Assembly (NCBI RefSeq): GCF_006345805.1
Contig: NC_043026.1
Span: forward strand, 11,284,001-11,348,000
Source of the DNA: Octopus sinensis
Lineage: Eukaryota
DNA length: 64,000 bases
Reading direction: 5' to 3'
Below are positions 50,836-64,000 of the stretch, piece after piece (position 1 is the first letter of the stretch; every line of letters begins with the position of its first letter). A model generated the notes under the pieces. The model saw only the letters and a program-made list of their open reading frames with translations. It made no database searches and was not told where the DNA came from. The position numbers and the translations under genes were made by a program.

Positions 50836-52406
50836 TTAAACAATAACATAACAAATCAACAAGCTTATACTACCGATCGTGATACGCATTCGTGTATGTT
50901 CTTTTGTTTTAAATATTCTGCCCACTTGTAGTTATTGTACTAGCTTCCTTATTATAGTGTGCTGGGGAAAAACAGTTATAGAATTGATTTTCCTTCTTGC
51001 ATGTGGTTGCATGAGCAGAACTAAAGATAACTGATCAATGAACTTGGCAAGAGTGGCTGTGTGGTAAGTAGCTTGCTTATCAACCACCACCATCCAAGCG
51101 TGGCCGTTCGCCAGGCTCGTCTGGCACATGTGTCGGTGGCACGTAAAAACCACCATCCGAGCGTGGCCGTTCACCAGCCTCGTCTGGCACCTGTGTCGGT
51201 GGCACGTAAAAAGCACCCACTGCACTATCCGACTCGTGACCGATGCCAGCGCCGCCTCGACTGGCTTCCATGCTGGTGGCACATAAAATACACCAATCCG
51301 ACCGTGGCCGTTCACCAGCCTCGTCTGGCACTTGTGTCAGTGGCACGTAAAAAGCACCCACTACACTCATGGAGTGGTTGGCGTTAGGAATGGCATCCAG
51401 CTGTAGAAGCACTGCCAGATCAGACTGGAGCCTGGTGCAGCCTTCGGGCTTCCCAGGCCCCAGTTGAACCATCCAACTCATGCTAGCATGGAGAACAGAC
51501 ACTAAACGATGATGATGATGATGATGGTTCCGGGTTCAGTCCCACTGCATGGCACCTTGGACAAGTGTCTTCTACTATAGCCTCGGGCTGACTGAATCCT
51601 TGAGAATGGATTTCGTAGACGGAAACTGAAAGAAGCCCATCATATGTGTGTGTGTTTGTGTAGCTATGTTTGTCCCCCCCCCCACCGTCGCTTGACAACC
51701 GATGCTGGTGTGTTTATGTCCCCGTAACTTAGCAGTTCAGCAAAAAGAACCAGGCTTACAAAGAATAATTCCTGGGGTCGATTTGTTCGACTAAAGGTAG
51801 TGCTCCAGCATGGCCACAGTCAAATGAAGTAGGTATTTCGTCTGCCATTGCATTCTGAGTTCAAATTCTGTCACGGTCGTCTTTGCCTTCCATCCTTTCA
51901 GGGTCGATAAATAAAGTACCAATTACACACTGGGGTCGATATAATCGACTTAATCCATTTGTCTGTCCTTGTTTGTTCTCTCTGTGTTTAGCCCCTTGTG
52001 GGTAGTAAAGAAATTGGTATTTCATCTGCCATTGTGTTCTGAGTTCAAATTCTGTCATGGTCGACTTTGCCTTTCATCCTTTCATGGTCGATAAATAAAG
52101 TACCAGTTACACACTGGGGTCAATGTAATCGGCTTAATCCTTTGTCTGTCCTCTCTGTGTTTAGCCCCTTGTGGGTAGTAAAGAAATAGGTATTTCGTCT
52201 GCCATTGTGTTCTGAGTTTAAATTCTGTCAAGGTCGACTTTGCCTTTCATCCTTTCGGGGTCGATAAATTAAGTACCAGTTACGCACTGGGGTCGATGTA
52301 ATCGACTTAATCCTTAGTCTGTCCTTGTTTGTCCCTTCTATGTTTAGCCCCTTGTGGGCAATAAAGAAATTTAAGAAATAAGCTTGGTGAAGATGAGATG
52401 ATACAT

Positions 52407-54304
<1,898 letters not shown>

Positions 54305-56627
54305 AAGATTAACTACATAGAATGCAGAATTAACTGGTAAAACATTCCAGATAGTGAAGAAAACTTGCTATCAAACTCTGGTTAAAAGAAAAATTTCATT
54401 GTTTATTCTGATGAAGTCAACAGGAAAATTAATAAGCTCCTCTTTTTGTCATAAAAGTTGATAAATATTGATGATGTATCTCATGTATATAATTCTTTGC
54501 CATCGATGTCACTTGGTATTCTGAAATATAACAGAGAAACAATAGTGTAACATACAGAGGATAGTTATAAGGTAGAGATGCAATTGTGGAAATTTTACTA
54601 CATTTCTCAAGAAATGAACAGTTGAAATAAGCATTTACCTGGACAATTATCCTTATGCAATGTATCAATATGTTTATGATGTGTATAGATTAACAAAAAA
54701 CATATGGGTGTGTCAGGCTAAGTAAAATCATAGTCGTGGCCAGTGCTGGGGACATGCAAAAGGCACCCATGCTGGTGATTCATAAATGGCACCAGTGCCA
54801 GTGACACATAAGAGACACCTGTGCCAGTGGAACGTAAGAGGCACCCATGCCAGTGACACCTAAGAGGCACCCATGCCAGTGAGATGTGAAAGGCACCCAT
54901 GCTAATGACACGTACAAGACACTCATGCTGGTAACATGTAAAATACACCCACATAAGGGACACCTGTGCCAGTGATACATAAGGGGCATCCATGCTAGTG
55001 AAACATAAAAGGCACCCATGCAGGTGACATAAAAGGCACCCATGCTAATTTTGAGATTTTTTCTTCTTTGATAATTGGTATTAAAATTTTGAAAACGTGT
55101 TTCTTGCTTGTCAGGTTTTCTGTTTAGATACTTTTTGCGTCTGCTATTTTATAATTCTATGCATGCGTGAAACATCAGTAGAGAAAATACTTTAATTTCA
55201 CTTCTTGTCATAGGGTGGATGAGAGAGGGGTGTTTATTTATTTATCTATTTCCAGAATCATAATCTCCGGGGTTTTTTTTTTCCTACGTACTTCGCCAAA
55301 AATATTTTTTTAAGGGAAAATTTAAGAAATTTGGGGGGGGGGGGATTTAAATTTTGAAATGCTGATTTTTTGGCAAATTCGGAATCTCCACCTTCGATAT
55401 AGTGTGTTCCTGTAATAAAAAAATAAAAAAATCCCAAAGGGAATCCGGTCCATGATCTTTACCTCTGCCGTCAATTTAACTGAATATTATTGCATGTAAT
55501 TTAGTGCATGAACAAAAGCTAACATAAATCGTTTTCATAAATTTGTATTTTGGACGGTTAAGCCCACTATTCCCATAAAATGTGTTTATGACATCTGGGT
55601 AATATTTCAATCAAAATGACCACAGACAAGTTTCTATTTAAATAAAAAAGACTGGCAATATGTCGAGCTGGCAGAAATGTTAGCGTGTTAGAAAAAATGC
55701 TGACCGGTATGTTGTGTTGTTCTCTATATTTATGTACGTTTAAGGCGGCGTGTTTGGCTGAAACGTTAGCACGCCGGGCGAAATGCGTAGCCGTATTTCG
55801 TCTGCCGTTACGTTCTGAGTTCAAATTCCGCCGAGGTCGACTTAGCCTTTCATCCTTTCGGGGTCGATAAATTAAGTACCAGTTACGTACTGGGGTCGAT
55901 GTAATCGACTTAATCCCTTCGTCTGTCCTTGTTTGTCCCCTCTATGTTTAGCCCCTTGTGGGTAATAAAGAAACATATATATATGTACGTTTAAGACGGC
56001 GAGTTGGCTGAAACGTTAGCACGCCGGGCGAAATGCGTAGCCGTATTTCGTCTGCCGTTACGTTCTGAGTTCAAATTCCGCCGAGGTCGACTTAGCCTTT
56101 CGTCCTTTCGGGGTCGATAAATCAAGTACCAGTTACGCACTGGGGTCGATGTAATCGACTTAATCCGTTTGTCTGTCCTTGTTTGTCCCCTCTGTGTTTA
56201 GCCCCTTGTGGGTAGCAAAGAAATAGATATATTTATGTACGTTTTGAGTTCGCTTCCCACGAGAATCAACTTAGTTTTTCATAACTTTTGAGGTTGATAA
56301 ATCAGAGTACCAGTCGTCTACGGTTATCGATGTTATTGACTATATCTTTCTCACCAAAATTTCTGGCTAAGTGCCAAAAATTGAAACAATTAAAAAGGAG
56401 ATGAAAAAACAGATATAGCTTTTCGAAATCTGCTTCACGATAGGAAGAGCATCGAAGGATCAGAAAGCGATGTCGTTGCGAACGTTTGGTTACCAGAAGC
56501 TAGCTATCACTGTGGTAACTTTCCATGCCTTACCATGTGAGTTCAAATCCCAATAGGATGTTTGCTATTATTCATGCTTACTCAGACACTCAAAAAAGGA
56601 CGTGACATTAGACTTATTGCCTTATGG

Positions 56628-57045
56628 GGTGATCTTTCGTCTCTAGTAGACCTTTCCGTCGATTTCCGTAAAAATTTTTTTTTTTTACATATGGGCTTGC
56701 GGGAACTTTTGAAGTAATATACATACATATACACATACACCGAGTAAAAAATTTCAGTTATCTCTTTCTTTCACACATTACTCTGTCTCTTCACACACAC
56801 TAACAGAAGCACTTCACTTACACAACATACTGTGTGTCTCCCACACCCCATCAAACACACACACACACATATACATCAATGCCTCCCCTGGACGGTAACT
56901 TCAAAAGAACTTCCCTCGTCATACAATCGCTTTCTCTTAGTCTCTTTCGCTCTCATTACTTCAAAAGTTCCCGCAAGCCCATACGTGAAAAAAAAAAATT
57001 CTTACGGAAATCGACGGAAAGGTCTACTAGAGACGAAAGATTGCC
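56628..57045. mobile_element. Second copy of the Merlin-like MITE
   Basis: Highly similar to 13575-13985; flanks GCCTTATG(G) / GACTTATG (imperfect 8-bp TSD). Confidence 0.8.
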
Positions 57046-59345
57046 GACTTATGTTCTAAATTACAGTATATGCTCAAGTAAAATTCAATCGTATGTAATC
57101 TGGGCAAAATGAATACGAGTTACTTTAAACCACATGTAATATGAAAACTAGGTTTTCAAAAATAACTGATCGATTTTTCAGTTTGGAAGGATATTATCCT
57201 GTACTCACAACGAAGTAGCATATTTCTTTTAATATTTTTTTTAATGTATTTTCACTTCTACATAATCGCTCCATCCTCAAAGGGTTCGCATAATTTTATT
57301 ATTAGCAGACATTATGACCAATGTTGAAGTGAATCTTCGTCAACTTACCGTTTTCAGACGTGAACCAGTGCCCGATGACATCACAAAATTGTGGAAGTTG
57401 TTCCCCTTTCTATTATATATTTCCTCAATTATCCGACGAATTCCTCTTCTGACCGACTGAATTCTTCGTTTTATTTCCCTTTCATAAGTTCTTTCCACTA
57501 TTTTCTTTATCCCCATTTTACACACATGTAAGCTATTTCAACAATATTTTATGTCATAATTATATATTATATATACAATAAATCGATTTAATTCTTTTTG
57601 TCTGTCCTTGTTTGTCCCCTCTATGGCTAGCCCCTTGTGGGCAGTAAAGAAATTATAACATCGTCTTGACTTAATTTAATATTTACAAAGCGTACTTGAA
57701 AGATTTCATACAAGTGGATTTCATAGGCGCAGGAGTGGCTGTGTGGTAAGTAGCTTGTTTACCAACCACATGGTTCCGGGTTCAGTCCCACTGTGTGGCA
57801 CCTTGGGCAAGTGTCTTCTACTATAGCCTGGGGCCGACCAAAGCCTTGTGAGTGGATTTGGTAGACGGAAACTGAAAGAAGCCCATCGTATATATGTATA
57901 TATATATATGTGTGTGTGTTTGTGTGTCTGTGTTTGTCCCCCTAGCATTGCTTGACGACCGATGCTGATGTGTTTGCGTCCCCGTCACTTAGCGGTTCGG
58001 CAAAGGAGACTGATAGAATAAGTACTGGGCTTACAAAGAATAAGTCCCGGGGTCGATTTGCTCGACTAAAGGCGGTGCTCCAGCATGGCCGCAGTCAAAT
58101 GACTGAAACGAGTAAAAGAGTATATATACAATAAATCGATTTAATCCTTTTGTCTGTCCTTGTTTGTCCCCTCTATGGCTAGCCCCTTGTGGGCAGTAAA
58201 GGAATTATAACATCGCCTTGACTTAATTTAATGTTTGCAAAGCGTACTTAAAAGATTTCATGCAAGTGTATTAACTGAGAACATTTTAGACTCTATTACA
58301 AATTGAGGAGGGTTAAATGGGTGTTTTGCTGTTTTGAACAGAGTTGGTTTCTTCCTTAATTGAAACACAACGGTTATTTTACTCGGTGGTGGATGATTTT
58401 TGATTTACCATGTATGGGATGCAACATAGGGAACGAATTAGTGTGAAAGTTGGTGTTTCTGAATGTATTAAATTATATGAGGAACTTTCCACCTATGTCA
58501 CCGTTGTCATTAAAGCTGGAGAAAATTGTCACTGACACCGCTTACTGAGTATGTCTATAACGAAATCCAATTAAACTAATTATATCATGTGTAGTAATTA
58601 TCTCGTGTTGAGGAGAACGTTAATGATTGTGGATAACATAAGGTGTCCTACGTATTTCAGGGTCTATGTTCCATCCCCTTCATGATTAAATATTTCATTT
58701 CATCACAAACTACGTTACATCCTTAATTGGTTGCTTAATTGGTTATACAGAATAAGGGGTAATGAGTTTTAATCAACTAAAAATGAGGGAATACCTTGCC
58801 CCCTTTTCTTGACATTTTGTGTTGCTTTCAAATCTAAAACATTTATACTTTCACAACACATTATCAATTTTTCTACTATCCATGGTAATTTATCGAGAGC
58901 ACGTTCTAATCAACAACTAAAAATGAGGGAACAATTTATCCGATCATTCTTGACCTTTTAGATGTCTAAAGTACCCATTATTTGGATCACCATCACAACA
59001 CATTATCTACTTTTCTACTATCCACAGTAAACAATTCTGATTTATCAAAAGCACGTACATATATTTGGTCCCTACATATAAATATACACATTTTCTTTCA
59101 ATAACTTTCTTCACCCACCCCCTTTCTTAACACAGAAAAAGAATTCTTTTTTTGCTAACAACAATATGTATGTGCCTCGTCGAGAGGACCCAATGAGCAA
59201 AAAACTTTCTCCTGGTAAGTAGAAAATATACTATCCTACATATTTCCCATACAAACTGAGACCTTTATGATATCTAAAAGAAGAAACTGAACTAAGTTAT
59301 ATACACAGACATTTCTCAGTTTTTAAGAATTCCTCGGTAATTAAT

Positions 59346-60419
59346 ATGGAAGACGTTAATTATTTGGATAGTTCCAACACAACTGTTTTTACCAACAGAG
59401 ATACAGTTACTCAAACGTGCAGTGATGAGAAACCTTTACAAAGTGCTGCGGTAACAGGAAATATTCTTGAATATTCTTGTGAGATTTGTACGAAAACATT
59501 CCCTTCAGAAGACGAAGTCTTGACGCACAAAGAAACGCATAATAAGGGAAAACCTCTCCACTATAAAATAAGCGAGAAACCTCTTGTTTGTAACAGGGAG
59601 TTAGCAAAACACAAACGAAAACACGGTGGAAAAAAATCTTATCATTGTGGAATCTGCGGCAAACTTTTCACCCAAAACTCTCATCTTGTAACCCATATAC
59701 GTATTCACACTGGAGAAAAACCGTATCACTGTGAAATATGTGGCAAATCTTTCGCTTCTAACAGTAATTTAACATGTCATAAACGAATACACACGGGAGA
59801 AAAACCGTATCACTGTGAGATATGTGGGGAGTCGTTCCCTGATAACTATAATCTTGGAGTTCACATACGAATACACACCGGTGAAAAACCGTATCGTTGT
59901 GAAACTTGCGGGAAATCTTTTGCTTCCAACTGTGATTTAGCAAAGCACAAACGGATACACACGGGCGAAAAACCCTTCTGTTGTGAAGTGTGTGGTAAAT
60001 CATTCTCTAATAGTTCGAATCTTCGCGTCCACAAACGTAGCCACACGGGTGAGAAACCGTATTGTTGTGAAACGTGTGAGAAGTCGTTTGTGTCCAACAG
60101 TGATTTAAACAGACACAAACGAATTCACACGGGAGAAAAACCGTTCCACTGCGAAATCTGCGGGAAATCATTTATCAGTAATGGTCATTTGAAATCACAC
60201 AAACGAATCCACACGGGTGAGAAATCGTATCATTGTGAAATATGTGGCAAGTCTTTCGTTAATAATTCCAATCTTGTAGTCCATGTACGAAGCCACTCTG
60301 GAGAAAAGCCCTACCACTGTGAAATATGCGGCGAATCGTTTGTATATAACAGTTACTTAAAGAACCACAAACAAATACACAGCCTTCTGTCTGTGAAAAA
60401 CGAGAAAGTCTTCTCTTGA
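59346..60419 (+). CDS. C2H2 zinc-finger protein, CE-type, 10 intact + 1 degenerate finger, 357 aa (ZNF-6)
   Basis: Uninterrupted ORF; N-terminus [17 protein letters not shown] is paralogous to ZNF-2. Confidence 0.92.
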   Translation: MEDVNYLDSSNTTVFTNRDTVTQTCSDEKPLQSAAVTGNILEYSCEICTKTFPSEDEVLTHKETHNKGKPLHYKISEKPLVCNRELAKHKRKHGGKKSYHCGICGKLFTQNSHLVTHIRIHTGEKPYHCEICGKSFASNSNLTCHKRIHTGEKPYHCEICGESFPDNYNLGVHIRIHTGEKPYRCETCGKSFASNCDLAKHKRIHTGEKPFCCEVCGKSFSNSSNLRVHKRSHTGEKPYCCETCEKSFVSNSDLNRHKRIHTGEKPFHCEICGKSFISNGHLKSHKRIHTGEKSYHCEICGKSFVNNSNLVVHVRSHSGEKPYHCEICGESFVYNSYLKNHKQIHSLLSVKNEKVFS

Positions 60420-60451
60420 AAATCTATACTTCTCTCTCTCTCTCTCTCTCT

Positions 60452-60562
60452 CTATCCGCTCAGTCGAAGTCGACTCTCGGTCACTCGTTGGATCAGTGTC
60501 CTCCAGTCAGTTCTATCCTGGGCCGCTTCCTTCAGGTTGGCTATGTCCATTCCGGTATCAAT
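60452..60562 (-). mobile_element. Solo 5'-truncated RTE 3' end with (GA)n tail
   Basis: Same sequence as the 1279-3998 array unit, ending CGGATAG-(AG)n on the minus strand. Confidence 0.85.
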
Positions 60563-60958
60563 CCAAACTTATTGTTCGTTAATTTGTGGGGAAATATTTT
60601 GAAAAATGGTTGCATCTTTTGCCACTATAACGGCTGTTCTATACAGAACTATGTGATTACATTTTAACCCCCGAGAAAACGTGTTTTCCAGTTGGTTAAC
60701 AAGACACATCCTGCGTCTGATATATTATGAATAAGGGAGCGAATCACTCCCCTCCAGCTTGGTAAGACTAGTAGAGCATGGTTTCTGGATCTTTGCTCAT
60801 CATCAGTACTAGATACTTGCCTGCTAGAGATGGTAGTCAATCATCCGTACTCACAATATTTTGAGAAACATCCTCTATGAATTCTTATCTTGTAGCGGAG
60901 TCAACCAAAGACTTATGAGTGCATTTGGTAAATGGAAACTGAAAGAAGGCCGTATATA

Positions 60959-60990
<32 letters not shown>

Positions 60991-61794
60991 ACTACAAAAT
61001 TAGAGAATGGAGAAATATACTTAAATCAGTAAAACATCAACTATCCGATGAAACTCAATCCATACTTTAATACACCATTACATATTAGTAAAGGCAATAC
61101 ATAAAATGAAATGAGATATACAGTAATAGTAAAAAGATAAAGAGATATAAGTAAAAAATTTTCAAATATGATATGCAAATACTCTTTTACTCTTTTACTC
61201 TTTTACTTGTTTCAGTCCTTTGACTGCGGCCATGGTGGAGCACCGCCTTTAGTTGAGCGACTCGACCCCGGGACTTATTCTTTTTTTGTAAGCCCAGTAC
61301 TTATGCTATCGGTCTCTTTTGCTGAACCGCTAAGTAACAGGGACATAAACACACCAGCATCGGTTGTCAAGCAATGCTAGGGGGACAAACACAGACACAC
61401 AAACACATACACACACACATATATATGCACATATATACGACAGGCTTCTTTCAGTTTCCGTCTACCAAATCCACTCACAAGGCATTGGTCGGCCCGGGGC
61501 TATAGCAGAAGACACTTGCCCAAGATGCCAAGCAGTGGGACTGAACCCGGAACCATGAGGTTGGTTAGCAAGCTACTTGCCACACAGCCACTCCTGTGGT
61601 TTATTATTTAAGATTACATTGATTCCTCCATGGTATTGTTTTGTATTTATAATAAAATAAATATATGCAAATTATAAAAATAATTAAAAGAATATACAGT
61701 ACAGTGCTATTTCTACTTTGCAGATTTTCACCCATCTCAGTGGGTTTTGGAATATAATACCTGCGATAGTCAAGAGATTTCTATATATATATAT

Positions 61795-61841
<47 letters not shown>

Positions 61842-61851
61842 ATATATTTAT

Positions 61852-61884
<33 letters not shown>

Positions 61885-61888
61885 TATT

Positions 61889-61925
<37 letters not shown>

Positions 61926-61930
61926 ATATT

Positions 61931-62004
<74 letters not shown>

Positions 62005-62026
62005 ATATTTATATATATATTTATAT

Positions 62027-62058
<32 letters not shown>

Positions 62059-62088
62059 ATATTATATATATATTTATATATATATATT

Positions 62089-62136
<48 letters not shown>

Positions 62137-62182
62137 TTATATATATATATATATATTTATATATTATATATATATATGTATC

Positions 62183-62361
62183 AAATGAAAAACAGAACAC
62201 AAAGGATGTTGCAGTACATATGTTTCGGGCTTTGTAGAACAACTTATTCTTACATCAATGCATAATCAATTATGTCGATTATGCATTGGTGTAAGAATAA
62301 GTTGTTCTATAAAGCCCGAAACATATGTACCGCAACATCCTTTGTGTCCTGTTTTTCATTT
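62183..62361. repeat. Foldback: 85-bp inverted arms with 9-nt loop
   Basis: Arms 62183-62267 and 62277-62361 differ at 4 positions, two of which form G-U pairs in the plus-strand RNA. Confidence 0.9.
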
Positions 62362-64000
62362 TATTTCATTTGATACATATATCCTATCACCTATGCTACT
62401 AGCTGGCATATACAGGTGCTTACATTTATCAAGTATTCACCCTGAATTTTTTATTATATATATATATATATACTGGAGTAAGCACATATTTGGGAATTAT
62501 GAATACGCATCATTATCATCATCATAGGTTTAACATCCAATTTCCACACTTGCATGGGTTAGAGCAGTGGTTCTCAACCATTTCTTTTATCTATAGCTCC
62601 CTTTGATTACTGTTTTATTCTGGAGGACCCCGGTAACCAATTGATGTTTAACCCTTTGGTGTTCATATTCCTCTGCCAAAATTAATTCTTGTTTATTCAC
62701 AATATTTTGATCATGCATTATCTTGTAGCTTTGAGATTTTGATGATGTGATCGCTTATTCTTAGGGTAGGTGTGACATGTGAGATCTGACCAGTTTGAAC
62801 ATAAAGCACATTGAATATTCGGGCAAGATATGGCTAGTTTAAATGCTAAAGGATTAAAAACTAGTTTAATAGATACTTCTTTCAAAATTCTTATTGTTTT
62901 TCACCTATTCATTTTTATTCTTTTACTTGAAGACTCGGCAAGCCATACGAGACCATAACCTCGTGGCCTAAGCCAGGGGTGTAACCAGCCCACTTATGCA
63001 TACCTTTCCTTCATTGGACACTAAACTCTACTTGCAAAGACCTGTTGAGGCAAGTGAAATTGAAATCAAATTTGATGGCTGGCATCTGTGCTAGTGGAGT
63101 GCTAAGAGCACCATCCGAGCGGGATCGTTGCCAGAGTGGCTAACTGGGTTCTGTGCTGGTGGCACGTAAAAAGCACCATTCAAACGTGATCATTACCAGC
63201 GTCGCCTTACTGGCACGTGAAAAAACATTTGAGCTAGGTCGTTGCCAGTGCCGCTGGACTGGTCTCCTGTGCAGGTGGCATGTAAAAAACACCATTTGAA
63301 TATGGCCGTTGCCAGTACCGCCTGACTGGCCCTTGTGCCGGTGGCACGTAAAAGCACCCACTACACTCTCGGAGTGGTTGGCGTTGGGAAGGGCATCCAG
63401 CTATAGAAACTCTGCCAGATCTTATTGGAGCCTGGTGCAGCGCTCAGTCAAACCGTCCAACCCATGCCAGCATTGAAAGCGGACGTTAAACGACGATGAT
63501 GATGATTTGGCAATAAAATTTCTTACAGAGACATAATTTCTTTTATGATGACTAAAAACACAAGGAGTTAAATATATGGAGGTGAAATTTGTAGAAAATT
63601 TTCATTCATAGTTTTCATAAATAAATATATACAGGAGAAAAATAATATTCTTTTCTAATTTAGGCACGAGGCCGAAAATGTTTGGGGAAGGGGCCAGTCA
63701 ATTAGATCAAACCCAGTGCGCAACTGGTACTTAATTTATCAACCCCCAAAAGGAGGAATGGCAAAGTCGACCTCGGTGGAATTTGAACTCAGAATGTAAA
63801 GACAGATGAAATACCTATTTCTTTATTACCCACAAGGGGCTAAACACAGAGGGGACAAACAAGGACAGACATAGGTATTAAATCGACCCCAGAGCGTAAC
63901 TGGTACTTAATTTATCGACCCCGAAAGGATGAAAGGCAAAGTCGACCTCGGCGGAATTTGAACTCACAACGTAACGCAGATGAAATACCGCTAAGCATTT

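Overview
AT-rich eukaryotic genomic DNA with no prokaryotic features. The tandem C2H2 arrays (CDICGKSFS...HTGEKPY), the retroposon families and the long (TA)n tracts point to a coleoid cephalopod, most likely Octopus (inference, not a database hit). The window holds six C2H2 zinc-finger loci, each with its array in one uninterrupted exon: five intact and one doubly frameshifted. They fall into two subfamilies, 'CD-type' (MEN/MEK/MES start; 4 loci) and 'CE-type' (MEDV start; 2 loci), and include two head-to-head CD(-)/CE(+) pairs. A 5-exon gene for a putative secreted ~295-aa protein is nested between them, assembled here by hand. The rest is at least 5 SINE-like families, LINE (RTE, CR1) fragments, mariner/MULE/Chapaev-like relics, MITEs, microsatellites and many 120-275 bp tandem arrays. 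Highlights: an intact-core type I hammerhead ribozyme in the spacer of a foldback element; TA-embedded mini-elements with variant minimal hammerheads; a frame-preserved peptide stretch at the start of the terminal exon of all four CD-type ZNFs; a 7x array that multiplies uORFs ahead of one ZNF; and competing inverted repeats around a predicted splice acceptor. Repeat boundaries were read by eye and are approximate. Scattered single-base indels suggest some long-read consensus error.
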